A DNA stretch of 64,000 bases from Thalia democratica (lineage: Eukaryota). Shown one piece after another: positions 26,550 through 39,940 of the stretch (position 1 is the first letter of the stretch; each line of letters begins with the position of its first letter). The stretch covers positions 50,220,001 to 50,284,000 of the forward strand of contig OZ241833.1 of assembly GCA_965202585.1 (NCBI GenBank), read 5' to 3'. The notes beneath the pieces were generated by a model. That model searched no databases. It saw only the letters and a list, made by a program, of their open reading frames with translations, and was not told where the DNA came from. Both the position numbers and the translations under genes were made by a program.

Positions 26550-27284
26550 ATGAAACGAAACGATGAAAAACACTTAGCACCACGAAACTCCGACGAAGAA
26601 ACCAGCAAAACGTCGAAAGAAGATTCAGAAAAAGAATTGGAAAAACCAAATTTGTTTGACAGAGAAGATTTAGTAGTGAAAGAGTTGTTAGAAGAAGGAG
26701 GGTGCGGCTGTGTGTACAATGCCACTTTTAAAAACAAACATGTCGTGGTCAAGACTTCTTCAGCTGAAAGCAAAGACAAATATATTTTGCAGGAGTACGA
26801 GTTCCTGAAAATTCTCCAAAAGGAAAACGTTCGCGGCATTCCAAAGATCGGTCCTAGATTCGTTCATGAAGAAAGACAGAGTTTTGTTGTCGAAAAACTC
26901 GAAAAGGACCTGTTTGATAAAAGAGAAGAGACGAGAAAGGACAAGTTTTCGTTGAAGACCACGGTGAAGGTAGCCTTGCAAGTGTTGAAAATACTGAATC
27001 ACGTTCACAGCTGTGGCATCGTTCACAACGACGTCAAATCTGAGAACCTCATGACAGGATTATTCGATCAAAACACGATCTACCTGATTGACTTCGGGCA
27101 TTCAACATTCTACGTGAAAGACGGAGAGCACGTTAGAGACGAGCACAGCTGTAAATCGCGCGAAACCCTGGCATTCAAGTCAGTGAACAGCCTGAAATTG
27201 AGAAATCAGAGCCGAAATTTGATGATATGCGGACAGAAAATGAAAAATCAAGGAAGTTGTAAAAACTGTGAAATTATAAAATGA
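26550..27284 (+). CDS. C-terminally truncated CK1-like ORF, type E (244 aa, open from ATG)
   Basis: Open through ...NQSR, then reads into the spacer (NLMICGQKMKNQGSCKNCEIIK); has HNDVKSEN and DFG. Confidence 0.65.
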   Translation: MKRNDEKHLAPRNSDEETSKTSKEDSEKELEKPNLFDREDLVVKELLEEGGCGCVYNATFKNKHVVVKTSSAESKDKYILQEYEFLKILQKENVRGIPKIGPRFVHEERQSFVVEKLEKDLFDKREETRKDKFSLKTTVKVALQVLKILNHVHSCGIVHNDVKSENLMTGLFDQNTIYLIDFGHSTFYVKDGEHVRDEHSCKSRETLAFKSVNSLKLRNQSRNLMICGQKMKNQGSCKNCEIIK

Positions 27285-28030
27285 AAGGTTGACTAATAAC
27301 AGTTTAAAAGAGTTTTATTAAGAATCAGCCTGGTTTGATGGGCCAGTTTAAAAAATGGTCAAATTAGCACGTCAGCGTGATATTTTCAATTTTTCAACCA
27401 AACCCAAAAACATGCTAGAAAGCAGGCCATGGCCAACATGAGCAATAATTGTGTATTTTTAGCTCATTTAAATGTTCAAAAATTGTTTTATTAAGCATTT
27501 TATAGTGCATTTTCCACTTAAAAGTGCAAAAAAATGAATTTTCACTAATTTTCTTAGTTTTTGCTTGTTTTTCACAATTCTTTCACTTAAACATGGTGAA
27601 AAACAAGCTATTTGTTGGTTAAAGTCATTTAAAAGTGATGTTTCAATGTATTCATACAGTTAATCCTCTTTTATTTGGAAAAAAATTGGTCCACAGGCAT
27701 GTGCATAGAATCATACAATTTTATGTTGAAAAAATTTGCATAATTTTGTATAGCTTGCGTTGACAACACTAAACATTCGACTTGTGAAAATTCGACCAAG
27801 TTGCTGTTATCAAGTTCTTAAATAATATATTTTAACTAGTATTTAGAAAGTAAAATATATGCACACTTATCTTTATATAATAGATAGCGATAGCTATTCT
27901 CAATAAAATGTTTCTTACTGAGTTTAAATTTAATTGTTAATTAAAGTTTGATATTCAATTACAGCAATATAATTCACTAAATTATTTTAAGTTTTTTAAT
28001 TTTTTTAAGATAAAATTCTATATAAAAGCA

Positions 28031-28765
28031 ATGAAACGAAACGATGAAAAACACTTAGCACCACGAAACTCCGACGAAGAAACCAGCAAAACGTCGAAAG
28101 AAGATTCAGAAAAAGAATTGGAAAAACCAAATTTGTTTGACAGAGAAGATTTAGTAGTGAAAGAGTTGTTAGAAGAAGGAGGGTGCGGCTGTGTGTACAA
28201 TGCCACTTTTAAAAACAAACATGTCGTGGTCAAGACTTCTTCAGCTGAAAGCAAAGACAAATATATTTTGCAGGAGTACGAGTTCCTGAAAATTCTCCAA
28301 AAGGAAAACGTTCGCGGCATTCCAAAGATCGGTCCTAGATTCGTTCATGAAGAAAGACAGAGTTTTGTTGTCGAAAAACTCGAAAAGGACCTGTTTGATA
28401 AAAGAGAAGAGACGAGAAAGGACAAGTTTTCGTTGAAGACCACGGTGAAGGTAGCCTTGCAAGTGTTGAAAATACTGAATCACGTTCACAGCTGTGGCAT
28501 CGTTCACAACGACGTCAAATCTGAGAACCTCATGACAGGATTATTCGATCAAAACACGATCTACCTGATTGACTTCGGGCATTCAACATTCTACGTGAAA
28601 GACGGAGAGCACGTTAGAGACGAGCACAGCTGTAAATCGCGCGAAACCCTGGCATTCAAGTCAGTGAACAGCCTGAAATTGAGAAATCAGAGCCGAAATT
28701 TGATGATATGCGGACAGAAAATGAAAAATCAAGGAAGTTGTAAAAACTGTGAAATTATAAAATGA
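28031..28765 (+). CDS. Truncated CK1-like ORF, type E (244 aa)
   Basis: Same translation as 26550. Confidence 0.65.
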   Translation: MKRNDEKHLAPRNSDEETSKTSKEDSEKELEKPNLFDREDLVVKELLEEGGCGCVYNATFKNKHVVVKTSSAESKDKYILQEYEFLKILQKENVRGIPKIGPRFVHEERQSFVVEKLEKDLFDKREETRKDKFSLKTTVKVALQVLKILNHVHSCGIVHNDVKSENLMTGLFDQNTIYLIDFGHSTFYVKDGEHVRDEHSCKSRETLAFKSVNSLKLRNQSRNLMICGQKMKNQGSCKNCEIIK

Positions 28766-29540
28766 AAGGTTGACTAAAAAGATGCTTGATGAAAATTTAC
28801 ACAATGACAGTTTAAAAGAGTTTTATTAAGAATCAGCCTGGTTTGATGGGCCAGTTTAAAAAATGGTCAAATTAGCACGTCAGCGTGATATTTTCAATTT
28901 TTCAACCAAACCCAAAAACATGCTAGAAAGCAGGCCATGGCCAACATGAGCAATTATTGTGTATTTTTAGTTCATTTAAATGTTCAAAAATTGTTTTATT
29001 AAGCATTTTATAGTGCATTTTCCACTTAAAAGTGCAAAAAAAATGAATTTTCACTAATTTTCTTAGTTTTTGCTTGTTTTTCACAATTCTTTCACTTAAA
29101 CATGTTGAAAAACAAGCTATTTGTTGGTTAAAGTCATTTAAAATAAAATGTTTCAATGTATTTATACAGTTAATCCTCTTTTATTTGGAAAAAATTTGGT
29201 CCACAGGCATGTGCATAGAATCATACAATTTTATGTTGAAAAAATTTGCATAATTTTGTATAGCTTGCGTTGACAACACTAAACATTCGACTTGTGAAAA
29301 TTCGACGAAGTTGCTGTTATCAAGTTCTTAAATAATATATTTTAACTAGTATTTAGAAAGTAAAATATATGCACACTTATCTTTATATAATAGATAGCGA
29401 TAGCTTTTCTCAATAAAATGTTTCTTTCTGAGTTTAAAATTAATTGTTAATTAAAATTTGATATTCAATTACAGCAATATAATTCACTAAATAATTTTAA
29501 GTTTTTTAATTTTTTAAAGATAATAATCTATAATAAATCT

Positions 29541-30262
29541 ATGAAACAAAACGATGAAAAACACTTAGCACCACGAAACTCCGACGATGAAACCAGCAAA
29601 ACGTCGGAAGAAGATTCAGAAAAAGAATTGGAAAACCAATTTTGTTTTACAGAGAAGATTTAGTAGTGAAAGAGTTGTTACAAGAATGAGGGTGCGGCTG
29701 CGTGTGCAACGCCACTTATAAAAACAAACATGTCGTGGTCAAGACTTCATCAGCTGAAAGCAAAGACAAATACATTTTGCAGGAGTACGAGTTCCTGAAA
29801 ATTCTCCAACAGGAAAACGTTCGCGGCATTCCAAAGATCGGTCCGAGATTTGTTCATGAGGAAAGGCAGAGTTTTGTTTTGGAAAAACTCGGAAAGGACC
29901 TGTTTGAAAAAAGAGAAGAGACGAGAAAGGAAAAGTTTTCGTTGAAGACCACGGTGAAGGTAGCCTTGCAAGTGTTGAAAATACTGAATCACGTCCACAG
30001 CTGTGGCATCGTTCACAACGACATCAAATCTGAGAACCTCATGACAGGATTATTCGATCAAAACACGATCCACCTGATTGACTTCGGGTATTCAACATTC
30101 TGCGTGAAGGACGGAGAGCACGTTGGAGACGAGCACAGCGGAACCCTGGCTTTCAGGTCAGTGAACAGCCTGAAACTGAGAAACCAAAGCCGAAATTTGA
30201 TGATATGCGGACAGAAAATGAAAAATCAAAGAAGTTGTAAAAACTGTGAAATTATCAAATGA
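29541..30262 (+). pseudogene. CK1-like fragment: 1-nt deletion, TGA 29687-29689, 12-nt activation-loop deletion
   Basis: 5' part resembles the 422 unit; 3' part resembles type C. Confidence 0.9.
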
Positions 30263-31019
30263 AAGGTTGATGAAAATTTACACAATAACAGTTTAAAAGA
30301 GTTTTATTAAGAATCAGCCTGGTTTGATGGGCCAGTTTAAAAAATGGTCAAATTAGCACGTCAGCGTGATATTTTCAATTTTTCAACCCAACCCAAAAAC
30401 ATGCTAGAAAGCAGGCCATGGCCAACATGAGCAAAAATTGTGTATTTTTAGTTCATTTAAATGTTCAAAAATTGTTTTATTAAGCATTTTATAGTGCATT
30501 TTCCACTTAAAAGTGCAAAAAAATGAATTTTCACTAATTTTCTTAGTTTTTGCTTGTTTTTCACAATTCTTTCACTTAAACATGGTGAAAAACAAGCTAT
30601 TTGTTGGTTAAAGTCATTTAAAAGTGATGTTTCAATGTATTTATACAGTTAATCCTCTTTTATTTGGAAAAAATTTGGTCCACAGGCATGTGCATAGAAT
30701 CTTACAATTTTATGTTGAAAAAATTTGCATAATTTTGTATAGCTTGCGTTGACAACACTAAATATTCGACTTGTGAAAATTCGACGAAGCTGCTGTTATC
30801 AAGTTCTTAAATAATATATTTTAACTAGTATTTAGAAAGTAAAATATATGCACACTTATCTTTATATAATAGACAGCGATAGCTATTCTCAATAAAATGT
30901 TTCTTACTGAGTTTAAATTTAATTGTTAATTAAAGTTTGATATTCAATTACAGCAATATAATTCATTAAATGACTTTAAGTTTTTTAATTTTTTAAAGAT
31001 AATAATCTATAATAAAGCT

Positions 31020-31742
31020 ATGAAACAAAACAAAGAAAAACACTTAGTACCGCAAAACTCCGACGAAGAAACCAGCAAATCGTTGAAAGAAGATTCAGAA
31101 AAAGAATTGGAAAAACCAATTTTGTTTGACAGAGAAGATTTAGTAGTGAAAGAGTTGTTAGAAGAATGAGGGTGCGGCTGCGTGTACAATGCCACTTTTA
31201 AAAACAAACCTGTCGTGGTCAAGACTTCATTAGCTGAAAGCAAAGACAAATACATTTTGCAGGAGTACGAGTTCCTTAAAATTCTCCAACAGGAAAACGT
31301 TCGCGGCATTCCAAAGATCGGTCCTAGATTTGTTCATGAGGAAAGGCAGAGTTTTGTTTTGGAAAAACTCGGAAAGGACCTGTTTGATAAAAGAGAAGAT
31401 ACAAGAAAGAACAAGTTTTTGTTGAAGACCACGGTGAAGGTAGCCTTGCAAGTGTTGAAAATACTGAATCACGTCCACAGCTGTGGCATCGTTCACAACG
31501 ACATCAAATCTGAGAACCTCATGACAGGATTATTCGATCAAAACACGATCCACCTGATTGACTTCGGGTATTCAACATTCTGCGTGAAGGACGGAGAGCA
31601 CGTTGGAGACGAGCACAGCGGAACCCTGGCTTTCAGGTCAGTGAACAGCCTGAAACTGAGAAACCAAAGCCGAAATTTGATGATATGCGGACAGAAAATG
31701 AAAAATCAAAGAAGTTGTAAAAACTGTGAAATTATCAAATGA
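31020..31742 (+). pseudogene. CK1-like fragment, type C (in-frame TGA 31167-31169, 12-nt deletion, C-lobe missing)
   Basis: ATG at 31020 is in frame with the 31182-31742 ORF apart from one TGA. Confidence 0.9.
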
Positions 31743-32499
31743 AAGGTTGATGAAAATTTACACAATAACAGTTTAAAAGAGTTTTATTAAGAATCAGCCT
31801 GGTTTGATGGGCCAGTTTAAAAAATGGTCAAATTAGCACGTCAGCGTGATATTTTCAATTTTTCAACCCAACCCAAAAACATGCTAGAAAGCAGGCCATG
31901 GCCAACATGAGCAAAAATTGTGTATTTTTAGTTCATTTAAATGTTCAAAAATTGTTTTATTAAGCATTTTATAGTGCATTTTCCACTTAAAAGTGCAAAA
32001 AAATGAATTTTCACCAATTTTCTTAGTTTTTGCTTGTTTTTCACAATTCTTTCACTTAAACATGGTGAAAAACAAGCTATTTGTTGGTTAAAGTCATTTA
32101 AAAGTGATGTTTCAATGTATTTATACAGTTAATCCTCTTTTATTTGGAAAAAATTTGGTCCACAGGCATGTGCATAGAATCTTACAATTTTATGTTGAAA
32201 AAATTTGCATAATTTTGTATAGCTTGCGTTGACAACACTAAATATTCGACTTGTGAAAATTCGACGAAGCTGCTGTTATCAAGTTCTTAAATAATATATT
32301 TTAACTAGTATTTAGAAAGTAAAATATATGCACACTTATCTTTATATAATAGACAGCGATAGCTATTCTCAATAAAATGTTTCTTACTGAGTTTAAATTT
32401 AATTGTTAATTAAAGTTTGATATTCAATTACAGCAATATAATTCATTAAATGACTTTAAGTTTTTTAATTTTTTAAAGATAATAATCTATAATAAAGCT

Positions 32500-33222
32500 A
32501 TGAAACAAAACAAAGAAAAACACTTAGTACCGCAAAACTCCGACGAAGAAACCAGCAAATCGTTGAAAGAAGATTCAGAAAAAGAATTGGAAAAACCAAT
32601 TTTGTTTGACAGAGAAGATTTAGTAGTGAAAGAGTTGTTAGAAGAATGAGGGTGCGGCTGCGTGTACAATGCCACTTTTAAAAACAAACCTGTCGTGGTC
32701 AAGACTTCATTAGCTGAAAGCAAAGACAAATACATTTTGCAGGAGTACGAGTTCCTTAAAATTCTCCAACAGGAAAACGTTCGCGGCATTCCAAAGATCG
32801 GTCCTAGATTTGTTCATGAGGAAAGGCAGAGTTTTGTTTTGGAAAAACTCGGAAAGGACCTGTTTGATAAAAGAGAAGATACAAGAAAGAACAAGTTTTT
32901 GTTGAAGACCACGGTGAAGGTAGCCTTGCAAGTGTTGAAAATACTGAATCACGTCCACAGCTGTGGCATCGTTCACAACGACATCAAATCTGAGAACCTC
33001 ATGACAGGATTATTCGATCAAAACACGATCCACCTGATTGACTTCGGGTATTCAACATTCTGCGTGAAGGACGGAGAGCACGTTGGAGACGAGCACAGCG
33101 GAACCCTGGCTTTCAGGTCAGTGAACAGCCTGAAACTGAGAAACCAAAGCCGAAATTTGATGATATGCGGACAGAAAATGAAAAATCAAAGAAGTTGTAA
33201 AAACTGTGAAATTATCAAATGA
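32500..33222 (+). pseudogene. CK1-like fragment, type C
   Basis: Period 1480; same translation. Confidence 0.9.
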
Positions 33223-33979
33223 AAGGTTGATGAAAATTTACACAATAACAGTTTAAAAGAGTTTTATTAAGAATCAGCCTGGTTTGATGGGCCAGTTTAA
33301 AAAATGGTCAAATTAGCACGTCAGCGTGATATTTTCAATTTTTCAACCCAACCCAAAAACATGCTAGAAAGCAGGCCATGGCCAACATGAGCAAAAATTG
33401 TGTATTTTTAGTTCATTTAAATGTTCAAAAATTGTTTTATTAAGCATTTTATAGTGCATTTTCCACTTAAAAGTGCAAAAAAATGAATTTTCACCAATTT
33501 TCTTAGTTTTTGCTTGTTTTTCACAATTCTTTCACTTAAACATGGTGAAAAACAAGCTATTTGTTGGTTAAAGTCATTTAAAAGTGATGTTTCAATGTAT
33601 TTATACAGTTAATCCTCTTTTATTTGGAAAAAATTTGGTCCACAGGCATGTGCATAGAATCTTACAATTTTATGTTGAAAAAATTTGCATAATTTTGTAT
33701 AGCTTGCGTTGACAACACTAAATATTCGACTTGTGAAAATTCGACGAAGCTGCTGTTATCAAGTTCTTAAATAATATATTTTAACTAGTATTTAGAAAGT
33801 AAAATATATGCACACTTATCTTTATATAATAGACAGCGATAGCTATTCTCAATAAAATGTTTCTTACTGAGTTTAAATTTAATTGTTAATTAAAGTTTGA
33901 TATTCAATTACAGCAATATAATTCATTAAATGACTTTAAGTTTTTTAATTTTTTAAAGATAATAATCTATAATAAAGCT

Positions 33980-34702
33980 ATGAAACAAAACAAAGAAAAA
34001 CACTTAGTACCGCAAAACTCCGACGAAGAAACCAGCAAATCGTTGAAAGAAGATTCAGAAAAAGAATTGGAAAAACCAATTTTGTTTGACAGAGAAGATT
34101 TAGTAGTGAAAGAGTTGTTAGAAGAATGAGGGTGCGGCTGCGTGTACAATGCCACTTTTAAAAACAAACCTGTCGTGGTCAAGACTTCATTAGCTGAAAG
34201 CAAAGACAAATACATTTTGCAGGAGTACGAGTTCCTTAAAATTCTCCAACAGGAAAACGTTCGCGGCATTCCAAAGATCGGTCCTAGATTTGTTCATGAG
34301 GAAAGGCAGAGTTTTGTTTTGGAAAAACTCGGAAAGGACCTGTTTGATAAAAGAGAAGATACAAGAAAGAACAAGTTTTTGTTGAAGACCACGGTGAAGG
34401 TAGCCTTGCAAGTGTTGAAAATACTGAATCACGTCCACAGCTGTGGCATCGTTCACAACGACATCAAATCTGAGAACCTCATGACAGGATTATTCGATCA
34501 AAACACGATCCACCTGATTGACTTCGGGTATTCAACATTCTGCGTGAAGGACGGAGAGCACGTTGGAGACGAGCACAGCGGAACCCTGGCTTTCAGGTCA
34601 GTGAACAGCCTGAAACTGAGAAACCAAAGCCGAAATTTGATGATATGCGGACAGAAAATGAAAAATCAAAGAAGTTGTAAAAACTGTGAAATTATCAAAT
34701 GA
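33980..34702 (+). pseudogene. CK1-like fragment, type C
   Basis: Period 1480; same translation. Confidence 0.9.
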
Positions 34703-35459
34703 AAGGTTGATGAAAATTTACACAATAACAGTTTAAAAGAGTTTTATTAAGAATCAGCCTGGTTTGATGGGCCAGTTTAAAAAATGGTCAAATTAGCACG
34801 TCAGCGTGATATTTTCAATTTTTCAACCCAACCCAAAAACATGCTAGAAAGCAGGCCATGGCCAACATGAGCAAAAATTGTGTATTTTTAGTTCATTTAA
34901 ATGTTCAAAAATTGTTTTATTAAGCATTTTATAGTGCATTTTCCACTTAAAAGTGCAAAAAAATGAATTTTCACCAATTTTCTTAGTTTTTGCTTGTTTT
35001 TCACAATTCTTTCACTTAAACATGGTGAAAAACAAGCTATTTGTTGGTTAAAGTCATTTAAAAGTGATGTTTCAATGTATTTATACAGTTAATCCTCTTT
35101 TATTTGGAAAAAATTTGGTCCACAGGCATGTGCATAGAATCTTACAATTTTATGTTGAAAAAATTTGCATAATTTTGTATAGCTTGCGTTGACAACACTA
35201 AATATTCGACTTGTGAAAATTCGACGAAGCTGCTGTTATCAAGTTCTTAAATAATATATTTTAACTAGTATTTAGAAAGTAAAATATATGCACACTTATC
35301 TTTATATAATAGACAGCGATAGCTATTCTCAATAAAATGTTTCTTACTGAGTTTAAATTTAATTGTTAATTAAAGTTTGATATTCAATTACAGCAATATA
35401 ATTCATTAAATGACTTTAAGTTTTTTAATTTTTTAAAGATAATAATCTATAATAAAGCT

Positions 35460-36182
35460 ATGAAACAAAACAAAGAAAAACACTTAGTACCGCAAAACTC
35501 CGACGAAGAAACCAGCAAATCGTTGAAAGAAGATTCAGAAAAAGAATTGGAAAAACCAATTTTGTTTGACAGAGAAGATTTAGTAGTGAAAGAGTTGTTA
35601 GAAGAATGAGGGTGCGGCTGCGTGTACAATGCCACTTTTAAAAACAAACCTGTCGTGGTCAAGACTTCATTAGCTGAAAGCAAAGACAAATACATTTTGC
35701 AGGAGTACGAGTTCCTTAAAATTCTCCAACAGGAAAACGTTCGCGGCATTCCAAAGATCGGTCCTAGATTTGTTCATGAGGAAAGGCAGAGTTTTGTTTT
35801 GGAAAAACTCGGAAAGGACCTGTTTGATAAAAGAGAAGATACAAGAAAGAACAAGTTTTTGTTGAAGACCACGGTGAAGGTAGCCTTGCAAGTGTTGAAA
35901 ATACTGAATCACGTCCACAGCTGTGGCATCGTTCACAACGACATCAAATCTGAGAACCTCATGACAGGATTATTCGATCAAAACACGATCCACCTGATTG
36001 ACTTCGGGTATTCAACATTCTGCGTGAAGGACGGAGAGCACGTTGGAGACGAGCACAGCGGAACCCTGGCTTTCAGGTCAGTGAACAGCCTGAAACTGAG
36101 AAACCAAAGCCGAAATTTGATGATATGCGGACAGAAAATGAAAAATCAAAGAAGTTGTAAAAACTGTGAAATTATCAAATGA
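35460..36182 (+). pseudogene. CK1-like fragment, type C
   Basis: Period 1480; same translation. Confidence 0.9.
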
Positions 36183-36939
36183 AAGGTTGATGAAAATTTA
36201 CACAATAACAGTTTAAAAGAGTTTTATTAAGAATCAGCCTGGTTTGATGGGCCAGTTTAAAAAATGGTCAAATTAGCACGTCAGCGTGATATTTTCAATT
36301 TTTCAACCCAACCCAAAAACATGCTAGAAAGCAGGCCATGGCCAACATGAGCAAAAATTGTGTATTTTTAGTTCATTTAAATGTTCAAAAATTGTTTTAT
36401 TAAGCATTTTATAGTGCATTTTCCACTTAAAAGTGCAAAAAAATGAATTTTCACCAATTTTCTTAGTTTTTGCTTGTTTTTCACAATTCTTTCACTTAAA
36501 CATGGTGAAAAACAAGCTATTTGTTGGTTAAAGTCATTTAAAAGTGATGTTTCAATGTATTTATACAGTTAATCCTCTTTTATTTGGAAAAAATTTGGTC
36601 CACAGGCATGTGCATAGAATCTTACAATTTCATGTTGAAAAAATTTGCATAATTTTGTGTAGCTTGCGTTGACAACACTAAACATTCGACTTGTGAAAAT
36701 TCGACGAAGTTGCTGTTATCAAGTTCTTGAATAATATATTTTAACTAGTATTTAGAAAGTAAAATATATGCACACTTATCTTTATAAAATTTATAGCGAT
36801 AATTATTTTCAATGAATTGTTTCTTACTGAGTTTAAATTTAATTGTTAACTAAAATTTGATATTAAATTACAGCAATATAATTCACTAAATAATTTTAAG
36901 TTTTTTAATTTTTTAAAGATAATAATCTATAATAAATCT

Positions 36940-37605
36940 ATGAAACAAAACGATGAAAAACACTTAGCACCACGAAACTCCGACGATGAAACCAGCAAAA
37001 CGTCGAAAGAAGATTCAGAAAAAGAAAAACCAATTTTGTTTGACAGAGAAGATTTAGTAGTGAAAGAGTTGTTACAAGAATGAGGGTGCGGCTGCGTGTG
37101 CAACGCCACTTATAAAAACAAAAATGTCGTTGTCAAGACTTCATTAGCTGAAAGCAAAGACAAATACATTTTGCGGGAGTACGAGTTCCTGAAAATTCTC
37201 CAACAGGAAAACGTTCGCGGCATTCCAAAGATCGGTCCGAGATTTGTTCATGAGGAAAGGCAGAGTTTTGTTTTGGAAAAACTCGGAAAGGACCTGTTTG
37301 ATAAAAGAGAAGAGACGAGAAAGGAAAAGTTTTCGTTGAAGACCACGGTGAAGGTAGCCTTGCAAGTGTTGAAAATACTGAATCACGTCCACAGCTGTGG
37401 CATCGTTCACAACGACATCAAATCTGAGAACCTCATGACAGGATTATTCGATCAAAACACGATCTACCTGATTGACTTCGGGTATTCAACATTCTACGTG
37501 AAAGACGGAGAGCACGTTAGAGACGAGCGCAGCGGGAAATTGCGCGGAACCCTGGCTTACATGTCAGTGAACAGCCTGAAACTGAGAAATCGAGCCGAAA
37601 TTTGA
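36940..37605 (+). pseudogene. CK1-like fragment, type D with an extra 1-nt deletion (aaatcgagcc)
   Basis: TGA 37081-37083; 6-nt deletion in the N-terminal leader; ORF ends LRNRAEI. Confidence 0.9.
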
Positions 37606-38439
37606 TGATATGCGGACAGAAAATGAAAAATCAAAGAAGTTGTAAAAACTGTGAAATTATAAAATGAAAGGTTGACTAAAAAGATGCTTGATGAAAATTT
37701 ACACAACAACAGTTTAAAAGAGTTTTATTAAGAATCAGCCTGGTTGGATGGGCCAGTTTAAAAAATGGTCAAATTAGCACGTCAGCGTGATATTTTCAAT
37801 TTTTCAACCCAACCCAAAAACATGCTAGAAAGCAGGCCATGGCCAACATGAGCAGTAATTGTGTATTTTTAGTTCATTTAAATGTTCAAAAATTGTTTTA
37901 TTAAGCATTTTATAGTTCATTTTCACTTAAAAGTGCAAAAAAATGAATTTTCACTAATTTTCTTAGTTTTTGCTTGTTTTTCACAATTCTTTCACTTAAA
38001 CATGTTGAAAAACAAGCTATTTGTTGGTTAAAGTCATTTAAAAGTGATGTTTCAATGTATTCATACAGTTAATCCTCTTTTATTTGGAAAAAATTTGGTC
38101 CACAGGCATGTGCATAGAATCATACAATTTTATGTTGAAAAAATTTGCATAATTTTGTGTAGCTTGCGTTGACAACACTAAACATTCGACTTGTGAAAAT
38201 TCGACGAAGTTGCTGTTATCAAGTTCTTGAATAATATATTTTAACTAGTATTTAGAAAGTAAAATATATGCACACTTATCTTTATAAAATTTATAGCGAT
38301 AATTATTTTCAATGAATTGTTTCTTACTGAGTTTAAATTTAATTGTTAACTAAAATTTGATATTAAATTACAGCAATATAATTCACTAAATAATTTTAAG
38401 TTTTTTAATTTTTTAAAGATAATAATCTATAATAAATCT

Positions 38440-39168
38440 ATGAAACAAAACGATGAAAAACACTTAGCACCACGAAACTCCGACGATGAAACCAGCAAAA
38501 CGTCGAAAGAAGATTCAGAAAAAGAAAAACCAATTTTGTTTGACAGAGAAGATTTAGTAGTGAAAGAGTTGTTACAAGAATGAGGGTGCGGCTGCGTGTG
38601 CAACGCCACTTATAAAAACAAAAATGTCGTTGTCAAGACTTCATTAGCTGAAAGCAAAGACAAATACATTTTGCGGGAGTACGAGTTCCTGAAAATTCTC
38701 CAACAGGAAAACGTTCGCGGCATTCCAAAGATCGGTCCGAGATTTGTTCATGAGGAAAGGCAGAGTTTTGTTTTGGAAAAACTCGGAAAGGACCTGTTTG
38801 ATAAAAGAGAAGAGACGAGAAAGGAAAAGTTTTCGTTGAAGACCACGGTGAAGGTAGCCTTGCAAGTGTTGAAAATACTGAATCACGTCCACAGCTGTGG
38901 CATCGTTCACAACGACATCAAATCTGAGAACCTCATGACAGGATTATTCGATCAAAACACGATCTACCTGATTGACTTCGGGCATTCAACATTCTACGCG
39001 AAAGACGGAGAGCACGTTAGAGACGAGCGCAGCGGGAAATTGCGCGGAACCCTGGCTTACATGTCAGTGAACAGCCTGAAACTGAGAAATCAGAGCCGAA
39101 ATTTGATGATATGCGGACAGAAAATGAAAAATCAAAGAAGTTGTAAAAACTGTGAAATTATAAAATGA
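38440..39168 (+). pseudogene. CK1-like fragment, type D (in-frame TGA at codon 48, C-lobe missing)
   Basis: ATG in frame with the 190-aa ORF apart from one TGA. Confidence 0.9.
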
Positions 39169-39940
39169 AAGGTTGACTAAAAAGATGCTTGATGAAAATT
39201 TACACAATAACAGTTTAAAAGAGTTTTATTAAGAATCAGCCTGGTTTGATGGGCCAGTTTAAAAAATGGTCAAATTAGCACGTCAGCGTGATATTTTCAA
39301 TTTTTCAACCCAACCCAAAAACATGCTAGAAAGCAGGCCATGGCCAACATGAGCAGTAATTGTGTATTTTTAGTTCATTTAAATGTTCAAAAATTGTTTT
39401 ATTAAGCATTTTATAGTTCATTTTCACTTAAAAGTGCAAAAAAATGAATTTTCACTAATTTTCTTAGTTTTTGCTTGTTTTTCACAATTCTTTCACTTAA
39501 ACATGTTGAAAAACAAGCTATTTGTTGATTAAAGTCATTTAAAAGTGATGTTTCAATGTATTCATACAGTTAATCCTCTTTTATTTGGAAAAAATTTGGT
39601 CCACAGGCATGTGCATAGAATCATACAATTTTATGTTGAAAAAATTTGCATAATTTTGTATAGCTTGCGTTGACAACACTAAATATTCGACTTGTGAAAA
39701 TTCGACGAAGTTGCTGTTATCAAGTTCTTAAATAATATATTTTAACTAGTATTTAGAAAGTAAAATATATGCACACTTATCTTTTTAAAATTTATAGCGA
39801 TAATTATTTTCAATGAATTGTTTCTTACTGAGTTTAAATTTAATTGTTAACTAAAATTTGATATTAAATTACAGCAATATAATTCACTAAATAATTTTAA
39901 GTTTTTTAATTTTTTAAAGATAATAATCTATAATAAATCT

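Noticed and set aside
28923-29156. Unique 77-aa minus-strand ORF in one spacer
   Set aside because: Created by a few SNPs and indels in one spacer copy; closed in all other units.
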